A stretch of 63,863 nucleotides of DNA, filler included, from Choristocarpus tenellus KU-1152 (Eukaryota; Protista; Phaeophyceae), in assembly GCA_964200185.2 (NCBI GenBank). It is 11 parts of 11 records of this genome, joined end to end, with 100 filler letters (N's around TTAATTAATTAA, not from the genome) between each part and the next. Parts side by side here need not be neighbours in the genome. Positions count along the whole stretch, not along the records: positions 21,105 to 28,952 come from CAXNAD020005495.1; positions 29,053 to 34,762 come from CAXNAD020009947.1; positions 34,863 to 43,575 come from CAXNAD020004418.1; 8 more parts are not named here. The stretch is one strand, 5' to 3'. Positions 26,661 to 37,689 of this stretch are shown in pieces (positions within the stretch are counted from its first letter, which is position 1; every line of letters begins with the position of its first letter). Below the pieces are notes generated by a model that saw nothing but the letters and a program-made list of their open reading frames with translations, did no database searches and was not told the DNA's origin. A program made the translations under genes and the position numbers.

Positions 26661-26918
26661 GAGGCAAAGTAAATGAGAGGTACCCAAATTTTGGCTGTTT
26701 AGCATTGTAAGCCAGTTTTTCATTATTTTGTAGTCCAACCATGTTTCTATGTATGAAGTGCAAAGTTTGACTTGAGAGGGTTGATTGCTCTATTGTTTGA
26801 AAAAAAATCGTCACAATTCAGAAAATAACCTTTATGCATTATTAGAAAAAGTCGAATTTTGAATATTTGTTGGCATCCTTAATATACAGCTTTGGGTACA
26901 TCTCATTTGCTTCCACTC
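26661..26918 (+). mobile_element. MITE family E
   Basis: GAGGCAAAGTAAATGAGAGGTAC...GTACATCTCATTTGCTTCCACTC. Confidence 0.7.
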
Positions 26919-28535
26919 ATTATAGCCATAGTTTTATTTTGGAAAGTGTGCCAATCGCTCTGGTTTGATGGCTAAAACAGGATGGAGAAAGGTAGCGCAG
27001 GAGCAAAAAATTGTCCACAAAGACATATTAACACGTCAAAAAACACGTAAGCAGGATGGTTAGTTTTTTGGTGGATGTGACCTATCTATCCCTTTCTCGT
27101 ACAAACCACATCACACTTTCATGAATATTTATAACTACTGGAAGAAGACGTATATATGTATTATTGTATAATACAATACGTAGTGTACCATACATAATAT
27201 AAGCATATCAAAACCGTTAGGGGAGGCATTAAAATAGGACATATATTTGTTTACTTGTCTCAACGTGAGCGAGGAAATGCCACCAGTCCATACTCTAGCA
27301 ATTTTCGTATTTCCAACCTTCTTTATGACCGTTGTAGCTACATATACAGACATACTCCATACATTGCATCAAAGCTTGTGGAGTGTGTGCTGTTGTATTG
27401 GCAGGCATTGTACATCTCCTTTGTGCGGTACAGAGAATCAGATGACAAGGAATGTTGAGCTGGTGGGGTGGACCCATCATGGTGGACATTGAAGACGCTG
27501 ATTTTGAGGCTGTCTCTACTGTTCATCCCGACATATGCATATGTTATACAGAATACATAGTACCAGCATACTAAGTGCATTCATGTATGCTCACTGAAAT
27601 TTTGCAGATAGGAGTTGTGAGGGAAGAGAAAACATGCATGCATATGAGGGTTAACACATAACTATACACATATTGCATTGATATGTCTCCCAAGGTAAGG
27701 ATTTGCTCCCCCAGGAGCGCCTAATAAGTTAGAAAGTATGGTGATTAGAAGACAATTACACTACAATGTGTGCTTTGTGCAAATATTATCTTCTCGTCAA
27801 CACTTTTCCATATTGTCATTCCCATGCACATAGAAGCCACCCTCACTGGGAAAACCCTCCCGCCATTTAAGCGAGCCACCCCCAATTTGTTTGATTATTT
27901 GTGGTACGTTGATCGACCGATTTGTCCATATCTTGCGCACAGTTTAGGATGTCAGATGCAAGCTCGGGCAATTTCATTGAGTACATTTGCCACGTCATTC
28001 CGAGACGTATTCCAAGCTATGCAAGCTCTACCCATCTTTGTGGCGTATTACTAGTGCTATGAACCCAAATAATTGACGGCTACAATTGATTCACCTAGGA
28101 AAAAAATGTTATAACTGTCGGTGCATGAGGCAAAACTCCAAAGCCTCCACAGGTTCCAGCAGGTAGATCGAAGGCACGAACTGCAAGATATGCAAATGAA
28201 CTGTGGGTAGTGACACATCAGGATGAATGTGTGATCCTGTGACCTCTGACACGTTGAGTAGTCACACTTTTGTTTGTGTTGTAATTTTGTTCAATATCCG
28301 AAACAACTGAACTATTCCGTTATTTGGCTATTTCATATAATCGAACTGAAGCCGATTGAACTGTCACGATCGCATCACTAAACATTACGGAACTCTTGAC
28401 CTGTTCTATTGAAGTTGCACTTAGAGTATTCAATGTGTGATGGCGTCATGTACCACTACACAGTGCATGCTACCACATATTGATTAATGTATGGAGCAAT
28501 AGTGGACCACAGATGCACTTGCCTTGTCGGGCAAG

Positions 28536-28788
28536 AAAGTATCTTAGAGGGTAGAGAGCTATGTCCATTTGGGGACCAAAACCCAATGTTGTGATTTTGA
28601 TGTAATTTTGGCTATCGTGTTTGTTAGGAAGTGTAAATATCCTTGTTGCGGACACCTTTCCATAACGTATACATTTTATCTACTCCGAAACATTTTGGAG
28701 TAGGCAAATGTCATTAAAAAAACATGGGAAGCCAAACCCCAAACGGACAAACAGGGCAAAACTCGTACCCTCTAAGATACTTGCACTC
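28536..28788 (-). mobile_element. MITE family A (left terminus eroded)
   Basis: AAAGTATCTTAGAGGGTAG...CCCTCTAAGATACTTGCACTC. Confidence 0.9.
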
Positions 28789-28952
28789 AAATGAGGAGAA
28801 CGTAGTTCTTTACAACCACCTGATTCATGACGCTTTTTTAGTTTCAAACCTAATGTAGAGGCACTACGTTACCCACAATGTGGTGCATATATTTTTATTA
28901 TTATGCCCTCTGACATTTTGCAGATGTGTCAGGGGGGAAACCAATGAAAACT

Positions 28953-29052
28953 NNNNNNNNNNNNNNNNNNNNNNNNNNNNNNNNNNNNNNNNNNNNTTAA
29001 TTAATTAANNNNNNNNNNNNNNNNNNNNNNNNNNNNNNNNNNNNNNNNNNNN
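28953..29052. other. Artificial contig linker
   Basis: N44-TTAATTAATTAA-N44. Confidence 0.98.
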
Positions 29053-29138
29053 ACCTGATGTGGGTGAGGAGGGGTTGTGGGGTTGGGGGGGGGGGGGGGG
29101 GGGGTTAGGGTTACTGGGGGATACTTATTAATATATCA

Positions 29139-29166
29139 TTTAGGTTAGGGTTAGGGTTAGGGTTAG
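29139..29166 (+). repeat. Interstitial (TTAGGG)n tract (others at ~5161, 11462, 29428, 32843, 37413, 39194)
   Basis: Directly visible, 2-7 units per locus. Confidence 0.85.
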
Positions 29167-29719
29167 CAAACCTTCGTAGAACTCGTTGATGACCAGTGGG
29201 ATCAGAGAAGAGTAGCTCATGGAAAGAACGTCATGACCCTGTGTGTGCAGAGAGTTATGAACAGAGATGGATTCAACTTCTAAAAAAAAAGAGCAATAGG
29301 TGGTAAGAAGCAAGCGTTGGTAAGGTTGAGGGACAGGGGAAGAGAGAGGGAGGGGGAGCACAAAATGCCGTTGATCGATTCCTAGATAGAACAAACTTGT
29401 ACATACATATAATAGTTGAGACCTATCCTAACCCTAACCCTAACCCTTAATTAGTACATTCCAAGTACTAATCACGTACTTATCCTGTGCTGACCTTGCA
29501 CTTACACTCAGTGCGCTTTTACCCTAACCCTAGTTCAAGCACAAAAACAAAAAAATCAGCAAAAGGGACAAAAAGAGACAACTCCCCCCCCCTCTCCCCC
29601 CTGACACACTGCAACGCATGCACCAGCCCCCTCTCCCATGCCAACAACGAAACCTATGTCAAAGTGGAAAGAGGTACCCTTCTGGTCCTTTATCCCTACC
29701 CCCTTCATACCAAACCAAT

Positions 29720-30456
29720 TCACCACATCACCTCCACAATTGTAGTCAAGAGTTCCTTCACCTCCAGGGGCCCACAAGAGAGTGCCTTACATACCACCGA
29801 CTCTTCCTTATTTCCCTTCTCTACTTCTCTTGCTGGGACCAATACCGAGCCTGCACTTGCCCCTGTTCCAGCACCCGTGCTAGAACCAGTACCGGAACCT
29901 TGCTTATTTCCCGCCAGTCCCTCTTCAGCCTTAGCTGCACCTCCAGTTACACCTTTAAGTTCTACGACCCTCTGCCCATGCTGTGTTGTTACACCCTTCT
30001 GTCCCAAACCATCACCAGTCACATCCGCCAGTGTCTTCGGCGCCTTCAAAGTTCCTGCACCCCTGCCATCATCTCCCTTCCACACAGACCCCTCCTCAGC
30101 ACATCCAGTGGCACTATTGCTGCTTACATCACCCTGATTTTCACTTGTGCTAGGGACTGGGGAGGTGAATCCCTGGTGATGCCTCTCAAGTACCTTTCCA
30201 TCCGGCCTACCTGGCCATGGGTTGGCAGCTCCTCCTCCACCTGTTCTCCCTCCCCTTCCCCTGGCCTCCTTACCTGTTGCTGTTGCTGCTGTGCTTGTCA
30301 ACCACTTGGTCCCTGATCCAGACTCAGCTGTGACTACCTGAGGACGGTTGGGGGCGTCAGTACTGTTGTGGCTACCATGCAGATCCCCCAACACCACACC
30401 CACAGTAGCAGAAGTCACCAACAACACCCTTACTTCAAAACATCTATCCGACCTTC
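29720..30456 (-). CDS. Probable further exon(s) of the RBR gene: Gly/Thr/Ala-rich low-complexity segment; boundaries unresolved
   Basis: 235-aa ORF with coding-like codon periodicity immediately downstream on the same strand. The splice phase could not be reconciled unambiguously. Confidence 0.4.
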
Positions 30457-30657
30457 CTGCAGGAAAAAACTTTGTGTGAGGTTAACAACACCAGTCCCTG
30501 CACTACTCCCAACACTCCCAACAACACCACCCTCACCAGAATGTGTGGTTGGACTCTTCTTGCCCATGCATCTATCATTGTGAATAGAAAGCTCAACCAA
30601 ATTTATACCCCCTACTGGTGAAAGGAATGATTAGTGGTGTATACTGCTTCTTATCAC

Positions 30658-33600
30658 CTCTCGCAATGTGAGATATCCAGCATCAACCCGGGATCGGTCC
30701 TCACGAGATTTCTTCTCCAGTGTATCAAGGCGATGGTAAAGTTCAAGGCAATTACATGCACTAGTCAAGAGTTCGGGTTCGATCTGCTCCCCCCTCCCCC
30801 TCCCAATTGCATCTACCCCAACTTCAGCCTGAGAGCTGGCTGTAGTTGCTCCAATGTCTATCCGAGGACCTGTCACATAGCCCCCTGCATAGGACTGAGA
30901 ACTGACACCTACTAATGTGCATTCACCAGTAGTAGTGTCACCGTCCAAGCCAACAGGACAGCCGTGGCCAGGGTAGGAAGTACTACAATTGCCAAGGGGG
31001 GGCTCAGCTTGACCTCGCCCCAACCCATAACACTCATCCTCAACATCCATCCCATTGAAGGCAGAGTCACACTCAGATACATTCGCAATCCTGGCAACCT
31101 TATCCACCACTCTATCCTGCCCTGTAGTCGCTCCTGTGGCAGTCTCGGCCACATCGCCAGTCACAGGGTCACGGGACGACTCAGCCACGTGCCTGCTGGA
31201 TGGAATAGCCCCAAGCAGGTGTTGCAGCCATGCCTCCATCGACAACCTTAAGAACCGGTGGCGCTCCAACTCTACCAGGCGCCTGGCCTCTTTTTGCAGG
31301 AGCACCCAGTCCAATTCCACAGAAGCAGCCAACCTCTGCCAAAGTGTGCAAAGACACACGGAATTAGCATAAGCATTGCCATTAGTCACAGTGGTACCAC
31401 TACCAGCACCACAATAAGGCCTTCTTGCTGAGCATAGAGATAAGTATGTATATATAGATATATGTATATCAAGGCGGCTTAGGGGTGCAATTGAGTCACA
31501 GGTATCAAAAAGGCACAAAAATCAAGAAACTATGTGTTGCTTTTGATATCCCTGCTGTGCTCATATATATATATATATATATATATTTCCACATCAGTGT
31601 GATGTTGCTACAGTATTGTATTCTCTTATATCTCAACTTTGTTATCGATGCTTCCCTACCTCCTCACCCACTTCTAGCCCTCTGTAGGGCTAAGCTAGGT
31701 TGGAGACATAGCAGGAACGTACACACACAAAAAATTTAATTTACTGACCTTTGAGGGAGTGTTGCACTTTACCTGGTATTCAAATAGTAAAGAGATTCAA
31801 TCAAGGAGATGTCTGTTTCACATTTATGACAACTACGGATATTTTTACAGGGTTTACTTGTGGTATTGGTTTGGCTTTCCCCCCTGACACATCTGCTAAA
31901 TGTCAGAAGGCGTGCAGAAGCATAAAAAATAATATAGAACACCATAGTGTATCGCTGCACTCAATACATACAACCAACTAATCTGATCCAATTCCTCACA
32001 CTTGCATTTTTTGGAATATATATATATATATATATATATAAATAAGTAAGTAAATAAATAAATATATATATATATATATTCCAAAAAAAGAGAAAAGACG
32101 AGCAAGTGGTAGGTAGTTTTGCAATGTGAGCCTATATCACTCACCTATATCTCAACACTCACCGAGTAGTTCACTGTCCCAGGTCGGACAATATAAACCT
32201 CACCATACAACCTATGCACACGACGGATAAGGGCTTGTGACCTGTCTTCCCAACGCCTCTCCTTTTTTGATATCTGCAGGAGTAGATCCACCAAATGCAT
32301 TACAACAGGTGATGTTTGGTGACAATCGTCTAAACCACCAACCATCCACCCACCCACCCACCCATCCATCCATCCACCCATCCACGAATAGAGCAAAGAA
32401 GGGGGAAAGGAAGGGGTTGTTAACGACGGTGAGAGGCAACAGTACTGGGAAGGTTTGAGAAGGTTTGAGAAGGTTTGAGAAGGTTTGAGAAGGCTTGAAC
32501 ACTTGGAGAAAGCAAGCACTCTGTTGAGTGAGTGTGATAGCAAGCAGGATGTTCCACTAATAGAAAAAAAAAGTTTCTTGACTTGAATGTGTGCTCACCT
32601 ATGTTATAATAAAAAAAGTGTCTATACCCATCAAGTATTACATCTTACAACAATTTTATCCACACTCTCAACCTAGGCTAAAGGTATCCGGGGGGGCTGT
32701 CCATTTGGGGTCAATTTTTTCATGTCATGATTTTTGTATGATTTGGTTGCATATGTTGTATGAATAATGCAAATGCACTTTTCCTGATTTTGACCCAAAT
32801 GGACACCCTGGTGTAGACCCCCCCCCCAGATGCTTTGGGTCCTAGGGTTAGGGTTAGGAGGTTCACCACATGTTTGACTGCTTGGGGTTGGGGGGGTGGG
32901 GTGGGGGGGAATCAGAGGGATATCATATAGGGTGAGAGGGTTAGAAAAGGGCTCAGCAGTGGATGTAAACTCTGTCTAGTGATTCAGGGGGGTGCTTCCT
33001 TCAAAAACAGACTGCGTGCTTTGTTGTTGTTGCAGATACAGCTAACAACTGCGTGTATCTTCAATGTAGGAAGGAGATCACACTGGAAGTAACAAACGTG
33101 TACTGAACAAGCAGGGCAGAACCACGACAATAAATTATTATTATACGTATGCATTGTACTTACAAGAAAAGGAAAGAAAAGAAAAGAGAAAGAGAGAAAG
33201 AGAGAAAGAGAGAAAGAGAAAAAGAAAAAGAAAGAGAAAGGAAACTCACCACCTCTCAACATGGCATCTTCCAGGCGACAGTGAGCATCCACCAGCGGAA
33301 TGAGCCACACTCCTCTCAGACGATCGATGTGGTACGTAATGTACTCTTCAGGGCATTGCTCACGGAACCCAGACTTGCAATCAGACCTGTCGATGTATTG
33401 CGTCAGACCTATTACTCGCTCCAGAGCTGCATCTTTTCTCTCAGAGTCATTAATCTGGCTCCGTAGCACCAACCACGGGTGGACATAAGAGAGGAATGAT
33501 CAAGGTATTTGTAAGGGCGTTTTAATGTCAAAAGGAGGATGTACCTCAATGGCAAGGGAGCGGTGGCAGCGGCGAGCATCTATGGCAAGGGGGACAAAGG

Positions 33601-34421
33601 GAATACTTCAGGTTGCTTGCGCCGGGGATTTTTTTCATTCCAGATTTCGTACACGTTTGTTTTTTTTCACTGAGTAACAAAAAACAAGTATAATGCATTC
33701 GTTTGTTGATATTTGATATTTATATATTATTCTATAAAATTAAAAATGAACAGATAAATATGGAAACATTATTGTGTGTATCGTGTTCGCGTGACTAAGG
33801 TATACCTCCAAAATACAAGTACATCTCTGGTAGTACACATTTAACACTTCATGACTTCACATGGGTAGCCCTCACAGCAGCCACACGCCATTCCACTAAC
33901 CCTTCTATCATTGTTATAATTTTGTTGTTTACTTTTCTGAGTGTGGTCCACCTCTCTTACTTAGTCTTTTGCTATGATTTCAAATTCTCAACGAAATCGA
34001 CGACCTATTGTAGTGGATTGATTATGTATGTATGTATGTATGTATATGAATGTATATGTATATGTATGTATGTATGTATCATGTATGTATATGTGTATGT
34101 ATGTAAATGTATGTATGTACATATGTATGTAAATGTATGTATGTATGTATGTATGTATCATGTATGTATATGTGTATGTATGTAAATGTACATATGTACA
34201 TATGTATGTAAACATATATCCCGAACAAACCTTTGACACACTCTTCATCAAAGATTGGAAGTTGATAGTATTCACACATGCAGAGTGAGTGTGTGCGGGA
34301 CCCAGGCAACTCCAACAAAACCTAAACAAGCATCTAGAGCACTGCATCGTGTTGCATCCATACTCCCTTGAGATGGGCACAAAGCATGACGGGCACGGCT
34401 TGGACGTGTGCGCCAATTCAT
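30658..34421 (-). CDS. RBR-type (RING-between-RING, Ariadne-like) E3 ubiquitin ligase, partial; exons 34421-34231, 33454-33250, 32329-32204, 31427-30658
   Basis: RING2/Rcat reads SKPCPSC..ISREYGCNTMQCSRC..FCWSCLGPAHTHSAC. Four exons have phase-compatible GT/AG junctions (0,1,1), followed by a helical region. Confidence 0.8.
32451..32492. repeat. 10-bp minisatellite (AGGTTTGAGA)4, intronic
   Basis: Directly visible. Confidence 0.9.
32676..32841 (-). mobile_element. MITE family B, intronic, flanked by CTA(G) duplication and a TTAGGG tract
   Basis: GGCTAAAGGTATCC(G)n..GTCCATTTGGGG...CCCAAATGGAC..(C)nAGATGCTTTGGGTC. Confidence 0.85.
34020..34212. repeat. Degenerate (TATG)n microsatellite, intronic
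   Basis: Directly visible; generates the spurious Y/V/C/M ORFs in the track. Confidence 0.95.
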
Positions 34422-34762
34422 CTGTCAGAGAAAAATAAAAAATAAAAAAAATATATATATATATGATAGCAGTGTGGGAGGAGAGGTAAGCGGGGGATAT
34501 GCCACCACAACAGAAAGGCGTTGTACACCACCACAGGTGAAGATTTAGTGCAAGATTCAGTGAAGATACATGAGAATCTACTATGCAATGCCACTGCAGT
34601 GGTAGACGCAGGGGCCAGAATCAGGCCTGAAACTGCCAAAGGTCCAAAAAACAATTTCATGCTCAATTTCGAACTAGAATCTGTAAAATAAAACGCCAAG
34701 CAGGTTGAATGCCCCCCTCCCCTCCCCCCCCCCTCCCCCCCCCGCTTTACACGTCCAGACCC

Positions 34763-34862
34763 NNNNNNNNNNNNNNNNNNNNNNNNNNNNNNNNNNNNNN
34801 NNNNNNTTAATTAATTAANNNNNNNNNNNNNNNNNNNNNNNNNNNNNNNNNNNNNNNNNNNN
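34763..34862. other. Artificial contig linker
   Basis: N44-TTAATTAATTAA-N44. Confidence 0.98.
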
Positions 34863-35175
34863 AAATCGAAGAAAGGGTGAAAAGCGGACGCCGACACCCC
34901 CCCCCCAGATACCTTGAACCTTGAGCCTCTCATGGTAGAGCCGTGTTCGTTTGGGGACCAAATTCCAATGTTGCGATTTTGATGTAGTTTTGTCTATCGT
35001 GTTTGTTTGGAAGTGTCAATATCCTTGTTCCGAACGCACGCTCGCATAAAGTTCACATTTTACCTACTCCGAAATGTTTCGGAGTAGGTGAAAATGTCAT
35101 AAAGAAAGACGTGGGAAACCAATCCCCAAACGAACAAATAGGACAAAACTCGTATCCTCTAAGATACTTTCACTC
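34863..35175 (-). mobile_element. MITE family C end (34863-34920) adjacent to a truncated family A copy (34934-35175)
   Basis: Homology to 58105 (reverse complement) and to the A copies; TIR CCTCTAAGATACTTTCACTC. Confidence 0.8.
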
Positions 35176-35329
35176 ACTCCACATATATAAACTGGAGAAG
35201 ACGACGCAAAACCCAGCCACACTCAACTCACAGCCCAAACTCAAACTGGAGTACAACAGACAGGTAGACTCAGCTCAAAGATGAACGTTTCTATATTTTA
35301 AAGAAAATATGATGAATAGGCACGCGTGC

Positions 35330-35491
35330 TTTAAAGTGGGGCTTCAGATTCTTCAACTCCATCTTTGGAGATATAGGGGAATCCTTCGGAATAGGAGGTA
35401 GAGGTTCCCATGTATTCTCATGCTCCATGGACATGGCGTACCCAACCCTAGCCCTACGCACATCCAGGACGGTAGCCACCTCAAACTCGAC
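35330..35491 (-). CDS. Candidate isolated exon with chromodomain-like sequence
   Basis: ATCAG acceptor in phase 0; translation VEFEVATVLDVRRARVGYAMSMEHENTWEPLPP. The donor is uncertain. Confidence 0.4.
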
Positions 35492-37689
35492 CTGATTCTA
35501 CGCAACAAACTCATTCTACGCAACAAGTTCTACTTAGAACAGTTGTTTTCAAATCCATCATTGTGACGATCTGCCCACCATTCGCATTAAAAGCAGCGGG
35601 CACATACCTACTTCACTGCTCCAAGAAACGAATTTCAGTATCTCATACAAGTAAGGTGTCTCTGTGGTAACCACCCTCCACAGCCCAGTCCGCGCGCTTA
35701 ACAGGTTTGACATGCTACCCCACTTCTAAACCCGTGTCACAAATACAAGGTCACCTACAGAAAAGTGCACACTTACTTGTATTTAGTGTAGTGAATAACA
35801 AAGTTGTGTAGAAAAAAAACGGTTAGCCCACAGTGGAGCCATATAAACTTCCCTGGTCAGCGCTGCTTATTTTCCTCGCCACAACTTTCTTGATGATTCT
35901 GGTGGACTAGGGAGGTGTGCCTAACCCTAAATCTATCACCAACCCCAATAAGTATCTCCCTAGTCTGCCAGATTGATCAAGAAAGCTAAGACAAGGGTAG
36001 CAAGCAACTCTGATGTCGAAAGTTTGAACAGATTCCTAGCCCCCACAAGACCCACACATATTGTTTTCCTCAATCATGGGGGAAATGTCACTTCAAGGAT
36101 GGACTTTGTGGTACCATTGCTAGTGGTTCTGCAAATATTTTTTTGTGGAGTGAAGCGGGACATTTTAAAATCAGCTTTCTGCAAACATGGTTTTGGAATT
36201 TAGATAATAAAATAGCGACCCCAAATGAGATTGATAAACCTGCTGGGTATGCTTGTTTCTGCATAGTGCATTTCAGATGTACTGGTAATAGCAACCCTAA
36301 ACGAGACTGACGGACCTCTTGAGTATGGTTGTTTTTGCGCTGCATGCTTTAGACACACAGGTAATACCAATTCCAAAAGAGATCAGCAAACCTCGGTGTG
36401 TTGTTTTTCATGATGATGTGCACATTGTGTAGGTGTAGGTTCATGGACCAACCACTCTTTCGACAAGGTCCAACAAAACATTATTGGCCTGTACATGTCA
36501 AAGTTAGGAACGGCACAGGGGGGGCTGTTCCTGGACAGAAGGGGTGGGGTGTACCTAGAGGGGGCTGACTGCCTATGTCTGCAAATTTTTGTATGGAACT
36601 AAAACCAAACAACATGTGTGTGTAGCTGTGGGGGCTATGCATAGGATTGATGTTGAAAGTGGGCAACAGGGACTTCATCATTTGTAGGGGCATCACAAGC
36701 CAGACCCCTGCCAGAAAAATCACAGTTTGGACTAACCTTTCCCTCGATAATGTCCAAACTGTAGTTGAACTACACAACATGAAGTTAGTGTTAGGGTTGG
36801 GAGGCAAACCAAATAACATTTTGGTCAACCATACCCTAAAATTTTGTTCAAGCACCAAAAATATTGCACGAGAGGTCGAATTGAATTAAGGGGGGATGTA
36901 GAGATAGTTACAAAGTATCAAGTAATCTGAGTGTAGGGATAGGTACTAACATCTCATTTTGCTGTTTTCAGTATTTGCATGGTCTTGTAGATCATGGATG
37001 GGTTTTCATACAATTTCAGGTGCTTACAGTAGTTGCATTGATTGATGAACAGCATATCCAACGATCGTTTAATTGTCAGCAACCCCTTCTACATAGAAAT
37101 TTTATCGAGTTTATATAAAAGGTGATCTCAGGAGTTACATTTTATCATTTGGCAGTTGTAGTGTTGTGGAATATAGTAAACATATTGGTAATTATTTTAC
37201 AGAAAATGACACGTAAGATGGTATTCAGGTTTTATTATGATACATTGTTCGTTCCAACAATTCTCAAACATTGTCTCAAACATAACTGGTAACAACATTT
37301 GATACCAACCCCAAAACCACATACCAACCCAAAACCATCATCACCCCTTCCCACTATTTTGACATATTAGAAATCTACGAAGGTTACCAGTTTAGAGACA
37401 ATTGTTACTTTTTTAGGGTTAGGGTTAGGGTTAGGATTAGGATTAGGGTTAGGGTTATGGATTTTTCAGTGAATAGTTTTCATTTGCTTTTCTTCCATGC
37501 TGTATTTATATTATTCCGAGTCATAATAGCTGTCATTCTCAACAAATTTACCCGACATGATGACCCGTTTTGTCTATGCATTGTGATCATGTATCAATCA
37601 TATCATACATCACCGTGAGTGCTGGTCATCGCTCGTATCACACTTGACTCAGCATACCCTGTTCTGAGGATTCACTTCGTTGCCAAACA

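Noticed and set aside
33922-34318. ORFs rich in Y/V/C/M or H/T/Y/I
   Set aside because: They are translations of the (TATG)n microsatellite.
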